Of a stretch of DNA of 64,000 nucleotides, positions 1-9,547 are shown piece after piece; within the stretch, counting starts at the first letter, position 1; every line of letters starts with the position of its first letter. Source of the DNA: an uncultured Clostridia bacterium (GTDB taxonomy: Bacteria > Bacillota > Clostridia > Christensenellales > DTU072). Both the position numbers and the translations under genes were made by a program. The notes under the pieces were generated by a model. The model did not search any database. It saw only the letters and a list, made by a program, of their open reading frames with translations, and was not told the DNA's origin. Where the stretch lies: positions 161,836 through 225,835 of the forward strand of contig CALVJA010000001.1 of the NCBI GenBank assembly GCA_944331875.1. Direction: 5' to 3'.

Positions 1-1
1 A

Positions 2-1657
2 ATGAGGAAAAAATTGAAAGGTTTGGCGGCAGCTTTGCTGCTGGCGGCGCTTATTGCGTCGCTCGCGGCGGGCTGCAAGCCCGATACGCCGGTAGTGACT
101 CCGCCCGGGGGCAACGTAACGGATGCGGACGGTTTTACCGAAGCGCAGTCAAGCGTCGAGCTGATGACCAAGGATCTTATCGGCGGGCTGAATAGTACCC
201 TGCGCCTTTTGACAACGGGGCAGATAACTCCGTCGCGCCCTGCGGCTTCTGCGAGCGCGTCGATGGATATGCGCATCAATGACAGGGAAGCGCGGCTGAC
301 GTTTGCGGCGGAGTACAACCGCAATCTGTTCGCCGCAGGCGAACGCGACGCAGCGCGCTCGGGGATGACCGTTACATACGAAGGGGAAAACGAGGCGTTT
401 TTGGAATTGTATTATTATACGGACGACGGCGCTTCGGGCGAGGCGTACATCGCTTTGAACGGAAACAAGATAATAATACCTTTGGAGAATTCTTCTTTCG
501 ATACTCTGCTCCCGATAACCGCGATAGACGCCTCGGTGGTGACGATGCTTCTGAACTCCTGTCTGGTGGTCACGGACGACGTGGACTATAGATATCGCGA
601 CGAGGTGAACGACAGGCGCACCAGGCGTTTCGGCGCGAAAATAGACCTGAAAGCCACCTTGCAAACGCTGCTTAGGTTCATCTCCGGCGAGTCGTCATAC
701 AGCGCGTATCTTGCGGGTGTCAAAGATCTGATAGGCGCCGTATTCGGTATCAACGCCGACAGGCTGGAAAGCGAAATGCCGGCGGCGACGCTCGAGATAT
801 CGTTCGAAACTTCGGGCGGCAACAGAACGGACGGAGAGGGAACGGGGCGCATAAGCGCGTTTTCTATGGAATTGGCGGTTGCCGAGGGCAGCGCGAGCGC
901 GCTGTTCGGCGGCGACGCGTATACAATAGAAGCGGAGCTGGATACGCTGGACGTCAAGGCGGCGATGCTCTCCGATGGCGTTCTGCCGGACAGGGATACC
1001 GACCTTGACGATTATTATATGTACGACAGCCGCGCCGTGCATTTCGACGGTTCTTTGCGCTACGACTCGCCTCCCGCCGGCATAGAAAACAAAGTATACG
1101 ACATAGCCGCGGGCTTCGTTTACGCGGGACTTGAGTCCGACGGCAGCGCGGACAAGATTTATATAGTTGTTTCCGATCCCGACGACGAGGCGTACAGACC
1201 TTTCGAACTGTATTACGAAAGCGAGACTCTGACGATAAACACGATATCCGTCGGTACCGACGGCATTCCGAAGCGGAATACATATACGGCAAAAGCGTCT
1301 TTCCAGGCGTTCTTGAACAAACTGATCAATGTGCATTTCGACACAAGACCTACGATGGATATTTACGAAACGCTGGCTTTCGTGTTCGGAGCGATAAATT
1401 TCGGCGACGAGAGTATTTCCGTATATTACGACGGTGAATTCTTCGAAAAAGCGCTGGGGCTGGACCTTAAGGCGCTGTTCGATTGCCTGCAGTACGCCTA
1501 CGCCGACGAGGGCGGCACGGGTCTGATCTCGGACGCCATGAATGCCTCCGGGATAGATCTCGGCGCGTATGTGATAGGCAACGCGTTCACGATGACGATG
1601 GATATCGCAGGGGACTTTTTCGATATCACGGACGATATAAATATGCCGAACGCATAA
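2..1657 (+). CDS. hypothetical lipoprotein, function unknown
   Basis: 551-aa ORF. The N-terminus MRKKLKGLAAALLLAALIASLAAGC is a signal peptide with a lipobox (LAAGC). No protein family recognised from the sequence. Confidence 0.7.
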   Translation: MRKKLKGLAAALLLAALIASLAAGCKPDTPVVTPPGGNVTDADGFTEAQSSVELMTKDLIGGLNSTLRLLTTGQITPSRPAASASASMDMRINDREARLTFAAEYNRNLFAAGERDAARSGMTVTYEGENEAFLELYYYTDDGASGEAYIALNGNKIIIPLENSSFDTLLPITAIDASVVTMLLNSCLVVTDDVDYRYRDEVNDRRTRRFGAKIDLKATLQTLLRFISGESSYSAYLAGVKDLIGAVFGINADRLESEMPAATLEISFETSGGNRTDGEGTGRISAFSMELAVAEGSASALFGGDAYTIEAELDTLDVKAAMLSDGVLPDRDTDLDDYYMYDSRAVHFDGSLRYDSPPAGIENKVYDIAAGFVYAGLESDGSADKIYIVVSDPDDEAYRPFELYYESETLTINTISVGTDGIPKRNTYTAKASFQAFLNKLINVHFDTRPTMDIYETLAFVFGAINFGDESISVYYDGEFFEKALGLDLKALFDCLQYAYADEGGTGLISDAMNASGIDLGAYVIGNAFTMTMDIAGDFFDITDDINMPNA

Positions 1658-1675
1658 CGACCGGAAATCGGGTAT

Positions 1676-1707
1676 AAAAAAGCTCATCGGTCGCCGATGA
1701 GCTTTTT
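1676..1707. terminator. bidirectional rho-independent terminator between convergent genes
   Basis: AAAAA-AGCTCATCGG-tcg-CCGATGAGCT-TTTT: a perfect 10-bp stem flanked by an A-run and a T-run. It lies between the stops of the + strand lipoprotein gene and the - strand PAP2 gene. Confidence 0.75.
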
Positions 1708-1728
1708 CGTTTATCGATATTGCCGCGT

Positions 1729-2748
1729 TCAGCCTATGTCCTCGCCCTCCGCCAAGGTTATCGAGAGGGGGATGTCTTCCTCGAAAGATATCGCTTTTTT
1801 GGAGAATATCTTCAGCATCACTATCCTTATGAGCGCCGCCGAGCCGAACCCGATAAAGAATCCGAACAGCACGTCAGACAGATAGTGCGCCGCCATCACG
1901 ATGCGGCTCACGGCGACGAGTCCCGTGTATATCATCGGGAAGACCCAGAACATCCATTTGCGGTTTTTGGCGCGCATGGCGGGGAAGAGGTCGGGTATGA
2001 TGATAAGCGCAAAACTCGCGGACGCCGCCGAGGTGTGACCCGACGGGAACGACACGAACGCGCCCGAATCATAGGATTCGAAAAGCTTGACGTACGCGTC
2101 CGTGCGTATTTCGGGCTTGGATATCGTATTTATCATATACCACGGCGTGAAGCCGTCGTAGTCGTATCCGGGGTACAGCGCGAGAAGCTCCGCGGGAGTC
2201 CTCGGATTTCCCGGGGTCATCGTGCGGAAACGCTGGCGCGCCCATATCAGTTTCATTATCTGGACAATAACGTTTGCGAGTATGGCGCAGGCGGCGAGCA
2301 CTACCGCGAACCAGAACAGCTTTCTCATCGTCTTTTCCGGAACTCGGGAAAACGCGGTTATGGTAAGAGCGGTCATTATCGCCGCGAAGAAAACGGCGTA
2401 CACCCATTGGTAACGCACTTCTTCGGCGAAGAAGTTGCCGAAAAACCAAACGCCTATCGCGACAAGGTATCCTACATACACCACGCCCGCGCCGAGTATC
2501 TTCGTGACGGCGTGCTGCTTTTTCGTCGTGCCGAAACGCTGCCAGAACAGTATGCTCCCCGCGACCGGCGCCGCGAAATAGGTGGGCATTTCGCCCAGAT
2601 TATCGAAAAACTGCGCGTACGGGCAGTTCGGTCCGTAAAGCGCCTTGTTGATCTGAAGATCGAAAAACGCGGCGATGACGGCGATGACCGCGAATATGCC
2701 GAAGCTTATTCCCGCTTCTATCCAGCCTTTTTTGGATACCTTATACAT
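1729..2748 (-). CDS. PAP2-family membrane phosphatase (phosphatidic acid / undecaprenyl-PP phosphatase superfamily)
   Basis: 339-aa polytopic membrane ORF with PAP2 signature blocks KLIWARQRF, PSGHTS and SRIVMAAHYLSD. GGGAGGG RBS upstream. Only 36 nt downstream of glyQS, so probably co-transcribed. Confidence 0.75.
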   Translation of the reverse strand: MYKVSKKGWIEAGISFGIFAVIAVIAAFFDLQINKALYGPNCPYAQFFDNLGEMPTYFAAPVAGSILFWQRFGTTKKQHAVTKILGAGVVYVGYLVAIGVWFFGNFFAEEVRYQWVYAVFFAAIMTALTITAFSRVPEKTMRKLFWFAVVLAACAILANVIVQIMKLIWARQRFRTMTPGNPRTPAELLALYPGYDYDGFTPWYMINTISKPEIRTDAYVKLFESYDSGAFVSFPSGHTSAASASFALIIIPDLFPAMRAKNRKWMFWVFPMIYTGLVAVSRIVMAAHYLSDVLFGFFIGFGSAALIRIVMLKIFSKKAISFEEDIPLSITLAEGEDIG

Positions 2749-2784
2749 ACAATACCCTCCCTTTTTTATGCCTTAGGGCACCCG

Positions 2785-4170
2785 TCAATAAGCGAGTTTT
2801 TCCCTTAGGTACTCGTTTAATCCGTCCGCTTTTACTCTTACCTGCGACATCGTGTCGCGCTCCCTGACCGTCACCGTGCCGTCCTCCAATGTGTCGAAGT
2901 CCACGGTAATGCAGTAGGGGGTGCCGATCTCGTCCTGGCGGCGGTAGCGCTTTCCTATGCTGCCCGCGGCGTCGAATTCGCACATAAAGTCCTTCGAAAG
3001 CGTCGAATACAGCTTCTCCGCATATTCGTTCAACTGCTTCTGCAGCGGCAGGACGGCGGCTTTTATCGGAGCGACGGCGGGGTGGAAATGCATCACCACG
3101 CGCGTGTCTCCGCCTTCGAGCTCTTCCTCCTCGTACGCGTTCGACAATATCGCAAGGGTCATCCTCTCGACTCCGAGCGAGGGCTCTATAACATACGGGA
3201 TATACCTTTCGTTGGTGACGGGATCGATATAGCTAAGATCCTTTCCGGAATGCTCGGCGTGTTTGCCGAGGTCGTAGTCAGTCCTGTCCGCTATCCCCCA
3301 CAGCTCGCCCCAGCCGAACGGGAACAGGAACTCGAAGTCCGTCGTCGCCTTGGAATAGAAACTCAATTCGTCCTTGTCGTGGTCTCTTAGGCGCAGATTT
3401 TCCTCTTTTATCCCGAGCCCCGTCAGCCAGTCGCGGCAAAACGAGCGCCAGTATGCAAACCATTCGAGGTCCGTCCCGGGCTTGCAGAAAAACTCCAGCT
3501 CCATCTGCTCGAATTCCCTGACCCTGAAGATGAAGTTTCCGGGGGTTATTTCGTTACGGAAGGATTTACCGATCTGCGCGATGCCGAACGGTACTTTTTT
3601 CCGCGATGTGCGCTGTACGTTTTTGAAATTTACGAATATGCCCTGCGCCGTTTCGGGCCTGAGATATACCGTGGAGGCGGTGTCTTCGGTGACTCCCTGG
3701 AAAGTCTTGAACATCAGGTTGAACTTTCTGATCCCCGTAAAATCCGATTTTCCGCACACGGGGCAGGGGACGGAATGATCCTTCAGATAACTTTCGAGCT
3801 GTTCGTTCGACCAGCCGGCGATGTTTTCCTTCTCGCCGCGCTTTGCTATGTAGTCCTCGACCAGGTTGTCGGCGCGATGGCGCGATTTGCAGTTTTTGCA
3901 ATCGACCAGCGGATCGGAAAATCCGCCGATATGCCCCGACGCCACCCATACTTCGGGATTCATCAATATCGCCGAATCGAGACCTACGTTGTAGGGGCTT
4001 TCCTGAACGAATTTTTTCCACCAGGCGGCTTTTATGTTGTTTTTGAGCTGTACGCCCAAAGGCCCGAAGTCCCAGGTGTTCGCGAGTCCGCCGTAAATTT
4101 CGCTGCCCGCATACACGAAGCCTCTGTTTTTGGCTAGAGCGACCAGCTTCTCCATAGTGAGTTTTGCCAT
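2785..4170 (-). CDS. glyQS: glycine--tRNA ligase (single-chain GlyQS type)
   Basis: 461 aa. The N-terminus [39 protein letters not shown] is the hallmark start of class II GlyRS of Firmicutes, and length is typical. Confidence 0.95.
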   Translation of the reverse strand: MAKLTMEKLVALAKNRGFVYAGSEIYGGLANTWDFGPLGVQLKNNIKAAWWKKFVQESPYNVGLDSAILMNPEVWVASGHIGGFSDPLVDCKNCKSRHRADNLVEDYIAKRGEKENIAGWSNEQLESYLKDHSVPCPVCGKSDFTGIRKFNLMFKTFQGVTEDTASTVYLRPETAQGIFVNFKNVQRTSRKKVPFGIAQIGKSFRNEITPGNFIFRVREFEQMELEFFCKPGTDLEWFAYWRSFCRDWLTGLGIKEENLRLRDHDKDELSFYSKATTDFEFLFPFGWGELWGIADRTDYDLGKHAEHSGKDLSYIDPVTNERYIPYVIEPSLGVERMTLAILSNAYEEEELEGGDTRVVMHFHPAVAPIKAAVLPLQKQLNEYAEKLYSTLSKDFMCEFDAAGSIGKRYRRQDEIGTPYCITVDFDTLEDGTVTVRERDTMSQVRVKADGLNEYLREKLAY

Positions 4171-4240
4171 AATATCTCCTTTTTCCCGTCGGGAATACGA
4201 ATTGTCGTTAACTCCCCGGTGCGCGCCGGGCTTTTACATA

Positions 4241-4269
4241 TTATTAAACATATTGCGCCCGATTGTCAA
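4241..4269 (-). promoter_or_regulatory. sigma-A-type promoter for glyQS
   Basis: Read on the minus strand: TTGACA (4269-4264), 17 nt, TAATAA (4246-4241). This leaves a leader of about 70 nt before the glyQS ATG. Confidence 0.5.
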
Positions 4270-4296
4270 TATAATTAAATAAACGGACTCGATTTT

Positions 4297-5001
4297 ATGC
4301 AGAGAAAAAAACTGTTTATAGCCAACGTCGCCGCGGTCACCGTCATCGCCGTCGTCATTACCGTGCTTGCGCTGAACGGCGCGGGCGCGATGGAGACCGC
4401 AGCCGAAAATTCGGCGATATACCGCGGCTCGTCCGAAAAGCCGAACGTGACCCTCATGTTCAACGTCTACTGGGGCACCGAGTACATAGACGGCATTTTG
4501 GAAACGCTCGAAGCGTACGGGGTGAAGACAACGTTTTTCATCGGCGGTTCGTGGGCGGCGAAAAACAATCCTTCGCTGAAAGCGATCGCCGCGGCGGGGC
4601 ACGAGATAGGCTCGCACGGCTATAACCATAAGGACGCCGAAAACCTTACATACGACCGAAACATAGACGAAATGCTCCCCGCCGAAAAACTCATCGAGGA
4701 GATAACCGGCACAGAGATAACGTTGTTTGCGCCGCCGTCGGGCTCGATAGGAGAGGAGATGTTCAAGGCGGCGAAAGACCTCGGCTACACCGTGGTCATG
4801 TGGTCGAGGGACACAGTGGACTGGCGCGATAAAAACCCGGATCTGGTATACACACGCGCCACTTCGGATATCCGAAACGGCGAATTGATATTAATGCATC
4901 CTACGGAGCACACGCTGAAAGCGCTCCCGAAGATCCTCGACTTTTACTCCGAAAACGGATTCAAGGTCGTACCCGTATCGGTGAATATTGCAGGCGGTTG
5001 A
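4297..5001 (+). CDS. polysaccharide deacetylase family protein (NodB domain, YlxY/PdaB-like)
   Basis: 234 aa with an N-terminal TM/signal segment. NodB-type blocks TFFIGGSWAAKN and HEIGSHGYNHKD. Deacetylase next to an M16 peptidase resembles the Bacillus ylxY-mlpA arrangement. Confidence 0.8.
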   Translation: MQRKKLFIANVAAVTVIAVVITVLALNGAGAMETAAENSAIYRGSSEKPNVTLMFNVYWGTEYIDGILETLEAYGVKTTFFIGGSWAAKNNPSLKAIAAAGHEIGSHGYNHKDAENLTYDRNIDEMLPAEKLIEEITGTEITLFAPPSGSIGEEMFKAAKDLGYTVVMWSRDTVDWRDKNPDLVYTRATSDIRNGELILMHPTEHTLKALPKILDFYSENGFKVVPVSVNIAGG

Positions 5002-5026
5002 GTAACGCGCGCCGATAGCGGCGGAA

Positions 5027-5092
5027 TGAAATTATTTTGCGCAAAATTATTTCACTTGCAACGCAAGCCGCATAACGCGGCTTGCGTTGCAA
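5027..5092 (+). repeat. short copy of the TTATTTCAC-hairpin intergenic repeat family
   Basis: TGAAATTATTTTGC/GCAAAATTATTTCA near-perfect inverted repeat (5027-5054, one T-T mismatch) containing TTATTTCAC (5047-5055). It is followed by a perfect 16-bp hairpin, TTGCAACGCAAGCCGC-ataac-GCGGCTTGCGTTGCAA (5056-5092). Same motif grammar as the copies at 18078, 35385 and 44057. Confidence 0.7.
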
Positions 5093-5100
5093 CAAAACGC

Positions 5101-5129
5101 TTGTATTTTTTGAAACGATAATATATACT
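5101..5129 (+). promoter_or_regulatory. sigma-A-type promoter for the M16 peptidase/ftsK gene run
   Basis: TTGTAT (5101-5106), 17 nt, TATACT (5124-5129). The flanks (AAAACGC-TTGTA ... ATATACTAT) resemble the promoter following the repeat copy at 44124-44152. Confidence 0.5.
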
Positions 5130-5195
5130 ATTAACATATGCGCGCGACAGATGACAGGGCGATCGGCGCGCCGGGGGATATTCGAAGGAGATACG

Positions 5196-6467
5196 ATGAA
5201 CAAGATCATAAAACTTTCCGGGGGGCTGACGCTCGTGTTGAACGAAATGGCGTCGACCAGGAGTGTAGCCATAGGAGTATACGTGGGCTGCGGGGCGGAC
5301 TACGAATCCGCTCGGACGTCGGGGATATCGCATTTTATAGAGCACATGCTTTTCAAGGGCACCGAAAAAAGGACGGCTTTCGACATAGCGAGGGAAGCGG
5401 AATCGAAGGGGGTGCAGATGAACGCGTTCACGTCGCGGCAGATGACCTCTTTCTATACGGTTTCCACCGACGAACATGCGGGCGAATGCATGGAACTACT
5501 GTCCGATATTTTTTTCAATTCAGTATTCGATCCGGCGGAGGCGGAGCGCGAAAAGGGCGTTGTCATCGAGGAGATACACAGAAGTCTCGATGACCCCGAC
5601 GACGTGTGTTTCGACGCGCTGTCGGCGGCGGTCTACGGAGATACGCCGAAAGGGCGCCCGATACTGGGATCGGTGCAAAACGTGCGTTCGTTCACCCCGG
5701 ATATGATGAGGGAATACATGAAGACCCATTACAGCGCGCGAAACACCGTCATATCGATCGCGGGTAGAATCAGCGAAGCGGAGGCGGAGGATCTTGCCGA
5801 AAAGTATTTTGCGGAAAAGTTTTCCTCTCTCGGCGAATGCGCGCGGCTCGAGAAAATTATGCCGAGATACGGTTCGGTTTCCACGCAAAAAGATATGGAA
5901 CAGGCGGTGATGGCGTTCGCGTTTCCGGGCTACGGCTATTCTTCTCCGAACGCTATACCGCTCAAGATCGCGGCGAATATTTTGGGCGGCGGAATGTCGT
6001 CGAGGCTTTTCCAAAGCGTCAGGGAACAAAAAGGGCTTGCGTACGACGTGTATTCGATATCGGGTACCGCCAAAGAAGACGGTATATTCGAAATATACGT
6101 CGGGACCAATCCCTCGAGCGTTGAGGAAGCGGTCAAAACGATAGCGGCGGAGATAGAGTCTTTGCGCTCGAAAGGTATCACCGAAGATGAGCTCGGCAAA
6201 GCGAAAGAGCAGATGAAAACTTCGCAGGTGCTCGCCTCGGAGACGGCGCAGTATATGATGCGCGCGGCGGGCAGAGCATATATTTTGTCCGGAAACGGCT
6301 ACGACCTCGACGAATCGCTTGCGGAGATCTCCGCGGTCACCGAGGAGGACGTCGAGCGCGTCGTTTCGGAGTGTTTGGATCCGGACAAAGCGTCCTCGTC
6401 TTTTGTCGCCAAGGACGCGTCCGTTGACATCGGGGAGCTCATTCGCGGTTCCCGGGAGGGAGTATGA
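5196..6467 (+). CDS. M16 family zinc peptidase (pitrilysin/insulinase-like)
   Basis: Inverted zinc motif HFIEH in HFIEHMLFKG. Start moved from the track ORF (5082) to the ATG at 5196, which follows a GAAGGAG RBS. About 423 aa. Confidence 0.85.
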   Translation: MNKIIKLSGGLTLVLNEMASTRSVAIGVYVGCGADYESARTSGISHFIEHMLFKGTEKRTAFDIAREAESKGVQMNAFTSRQMTSFYTVSTDEHAGECMELLSDIFFNSVFDPAEAEREKGVVIEEIHRSLDDPDDVCFDALSAAVYGDTPKGRPILGSVQNVRSFTPDMMREYMKTHYSARNTVISIAGRISEAEAEDLAEKYFAEKFSSLGECARLEKIMPRYGSVSTQKDMEQAVMAFAFPGYGYSSPNAIPLKIAANILGGGMSSRLFQSVREQKGLAYDVYSISGTAKEDGIFEIYVGTNPSSVEEAVKTIAAEIESLRSKGITEDELGKAKEQMKTSQVLASETAQYMMRAAGRAYILSGNGYDLDESLAEISAVTEEDVERVVSECLDPDKASSSFVAKDASVDIGELIRGSREGV

Positions 6468-9400
6468 AATCAAAAAAAATCAACGCCAGAACGGCGTCTT
6501 ACATAGTCTTCGCCGCCGCGGCGCTCGTGACGGTATTGACGTTTTTCAACGCTACACGCAGCTTCTTGTACGGAGTGTTCGGATATGCGGTGTATGCGTA
6601 TATCCCCGCGGCGTTTTTGATCGCTATAATGCTGTTTACCGGGCGCAAAGTCGCGGTGCCGAAGGGCAGAGCGGCGGTATATGTGTCGCTGTTTTTCGCG
6701 GCGATACTCATTCTGCACGTCGCGCTGTCGGAAAACCTCGTGGGAGAGGCGGATTACCTCGCCGCAACGTACTCCTCGCGTACGGTCGGGGGAGTTTTGT
6801 TGGGGCTGCCCGCCGCGCTTTTACACCTGATATTCCCCAATTACGCGTTCATGCTCGTCGCAGCGCTTATCATAGCGGCGGCGCTTTTGTTCGCCGCGAT
6901 ATATCCGCTCGTTTCAAAGCTGGGCGGCAATAAAAAGCAGAACGCGCCTTTCCGTCCCAAGCGCGCCGAAAAGAGCTCGGACGCGTATATCGCGCCGACT
7001 TATACGAGGCGCGAGATCATAGACACCGACTCCAACGCCATAGACGTTACCGGTATGGACACGGAGATATTCAGGCGCGAAGTGGACACAGAGGGCGCTC
7101 CCAAGGCGCGTAAGATATCAAAAGGGGACGCGAGGAGCATACTTTTCGACGGCGAAGAACCGATGACCGAGGAGGAAAAATCAAATAACTTCCTGAAATC
7201 GTTCAACATAAGCGCGGACAGCCATCCGTATACGAACCAGGGCATCCTCGATTTTTCCGACCCCGACGATTACAAAAAAAGGTACGGCGGCGAAACGGAA
7301 ACGGAGATCAAAACTCCGGCATACGACGAGCGCCGCGAGGCGGCATACGAGCGGACGGCGCCCCGGGTCGAACCGAGCCCCGCGTCCGACGAACAGCCGA
7401 AAGGCGCATGGGACAGGCTGTACGGCAAAGCCGCGGCAGAGGATGACGACGTTTCCGTATACCGCAAAGAGGAGACCCGCCGTCCCGCCGCCCCCGTTAG
7501 ACCTGAGAAAAAACGCTACGATCAATACGGTTTCGAGATAAAAGAGGAGCCCTCCGCGGCGCCCGCCGTCACAGAACCCGCGCAGGATATGCGGGATACG
7601 GGCTCGTTCGGCACTGCCGATACGCTCTATGCGGCGCCCGAAGCGCCGCCTGCGCCCGATAATATCTCTGCGCCCGTCAGACGTCCCCCCGAAAGGAAAC
7701 CCTTCGAGGGCAGCGCGCGCGACTGGCTCCTGAAGCCGATGACGGACGATGAAATGAGAAGCGGAAACATTTTCTCGAGAGTGCTGGAAGAGGAGGACAA
7801 AGTCACCGCGGCTGAGGTCCCGGTCGAGGAATATACCGCTCCCGTCGAAGAGGATACGATGCCGCCGGTGATAGAGGTCAAAGCGGAGCCCGCGGCTGTG
7901 ACGGCGCCGCCGCCCGTAAAGCGCGAGAAAAAACCGGAATTCAAATCGGACGCGCTGAAAAAAGAGACGGCTCCCGTATTCCCCGAGCAGCAGGCTATGT
8001 TCCCCGAGGCGCCCAAAAAGCCTTATGTTCCGAAGCCCTACAAGGCGCCGCCGTACGAGCTGTTGAACGACTACGGCGCGGCGGGGAGCGAATTTCCGTC
8101 CGATTACAACGAGATGAAGGAAAAGATCGAGATGACGATGCAGGAATTCAACGTTCCAGCCGTCGTCGAGACCGCAAAACGCGGACCGACGTTCACTATG
8201 TATTATCTGAAGCTCGGCGACGGATACAAGATAAACAAGGTCACCGCGTTAAAGGACAATCTGAAGATGCGCCTTAGGGTCAAAAACCTAAGGATACTCG
8301 CGCCGATAGAGGGCGAGGACGCGTTCGGCATAGAGCTTCCCAACACCAAGCGCGACACGGTGGGACTGAAAACGCTTTTGTGCAGCGAGGAATTCAACCG
8401 CGATTCCTCCGGCATCAAGATAGCGATGGGCAAATCCTTCGACGGAAAGCCGCTTATCGCGAACCTTGCGAAGATGCCGCACCTACTGGTCGCGGGCGCG
8501 ACCGGTACCGGAAAATCGGTATTTTTGAATTCCGTCATCATCTCCATTCTGTACAAGTACTCGCCCGAGGACGTCAGAATGATAATGATCGACCCCAAGC
8601 GCGTGGAGATGAGCATTTACAAGGGGCTTCCGAACCTTCTCGTAAAAGAACCCGTGAAGGAATCCAAACACGCCGCGAACGCGCTTAAATGGCTGACCGA
8701 GGAAATGGACAGGCGTTACAGCTTCTTCGAACAGGTGGGCTGCCGCGACATCGATCAGTACAACGACGTCTTCCGCGACAAGGCGACGGAGCCGAAGATG
8801 CCGAAGATCGTTCTGATAATCGACGAGATGGCGGATCTTATGGTCAAATCCAAGAACAACAACGTCGAGGAGAACATCGTCAGGCTCGCGCAGCTCGCGA
8901 GAGCCTGCGGTATCCACATGATAATAGCGACCCAGCGTCCGACCGCGCAGGTCATAACGGGACTCATAAAGGCGAACATTCTGCACCGCGTGGCGTTCAC
9001 GGTGAAATCGAACCTCGATTCCAGGGTCATAATGGACGACGGCGGCGCGGAAGACCTCCTGGGAATGGGCGACATGCTGTATTCGTTCCCGGCTAACCTT
9101 CTACGGCTGCAGGGCGCCTTCGTCGATATCCAGGAGATAAAAGCGATAGTCGATTACATAAAGGCGAACAACGAAAGCGACTTCGACGACGCGATAATGC
9201 AGAGCATCACCTACGAGCCGCCCGCGCCGCAGGAAGAGCCCGCCGTCAGCGCGCAGGACGCGCGGGACGCGAGTTTCGAGCAGCAGCTCAGGATCATCCT
9301 GAAAACGTTCATACTCGAGGGACGCGCTTCGGTGTCCAATGCGCAGGCAAAGCACGGCGTCGGATACATAAAGGCGAAAAAGATAGTCGACGAAATGGAA

Positions 9401-9547
9401 GCGCGCGGCTTTATCGGGCCGCAGGACGGCGCCAAGCCCAGGGAAATATTGATAACGATGGACGAGTTCTACGACCTGTTCGGCACCGATATGGACGCGG
9501 AGGGAACTCCTTCGATGAACGGAGACCCGGGTGGCGGCGATGAGTGA
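6464..9547 (+). CDS. ftsK: DNA translocase FtsK/SpoIIIE
   Basis: 1027 aa: N-terminal TM helices, a long Pro/Glu-rich linker, a motor domain with Walker A GATGTGKS and Walker B IVLIIDE, and a C-terminal gamma (winged-helix) domain. 4-nt overlap with the upstream gene. Confidence 0.93.
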   Translation: MKSKKINARTASYIVFAAAALVTVLTFFNATRSFLYGVFGYAVYAYIPAAFLIAIMLFTGRKVAVPKGRAAVYVSLFFAAILILHVALSENLVGEADYLAATYSSRTVGGVLLGLPAALLHLIFPNYAFMLVAALIIAAALLFAAIYPLVSKLGGNKKQNAPFRPKRAEKSSDAYIAPTYTRREIIDTDSNAIDVTGMDTEIFRREVDTEGAPKARKISKGDARSILFDGEEPMTEEEKSNNFLKSFNISADSHPYTNQGILDFSDPDDYKKRYGGETETEIKTPAYDERREAAYERTAPRVEPSPASDEQPKGAWDRLYGKAAAEDDDVSVYRKEETRRPAAPVRPEKKRYDQYGFEIKEEPSAAPAVTEPAQDMRDTGSFGTADTLYAAPEAPPAPDNISAPVRRPPERKPFEGSARDWLLKPMTDDEMRSGNIFSRVLEEEDKVTAAEVPVEEYTAPVEEDTMPPVIEVKAEPAAVTAPPPVKREKKPEFKSDALKKETAPVFPEQQAMFPEAPKKPYVPKPYKAPPYELLNDYGAAGSEFPSDYNEMKEKIEMTMQEFNVPAVVETAKRGPTFTMYYLKLGDGYKINKVTALKDNLKMRLRVKNLRILAPIEGEDAFGIELPNTKRDTVGLKTLLCSEEFNRDSSGIKIAMGKSFDGKPLIANLAKMPHLLVAGATGTGKSVFLNSVIISILYKYSPEDVRMIMIDPKRVEMSIYKGLPNLLVKEPVKESKHAANALKWLTEEMDRRYSFFEQVGCRDIDQYNDVFRDKATEPKMPKIVLIIDEMADLMVKSKNNNVEENIVRLAQLARACGIHMIIATQRPTAQVITGLIKANILHRVAFTVKSNLDSRVIMDDGGAEDLLGMGDMLYSFPANLLRLQGAFVDIQEIKAIVDYIKANNESDFDDAIMQSITYEPPAPQEEPAVSAQDARDASFEQQLRIILKTFILEGRASVSNAQAKHGVGYIKAKKIVDEMEARGFIGPQDGAKPREILITMDEFYDLFGTDMDAEGTPSMNGDPGGGDE

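Noticed and set aside
4171-4296. T-box riboswitch upstream of glyQS
   Set aside because: Only 126 nt separate glyQS from the divergent deacetylase gene, and the predicted leader is about 70 nt, too short for even the compact glycine T-box. I could not find a specifier loop with a GGC codon or the conserved T-box sequence.
7150-8050. Compositionally odd Pro/Glu/Ala-rich segment inside the ftsK ORF
   Set aside because: It corresponds to the variable low-complexity linker between the FtsK membrane domain and the motor domain, which is normal for this family. There is no frame break.
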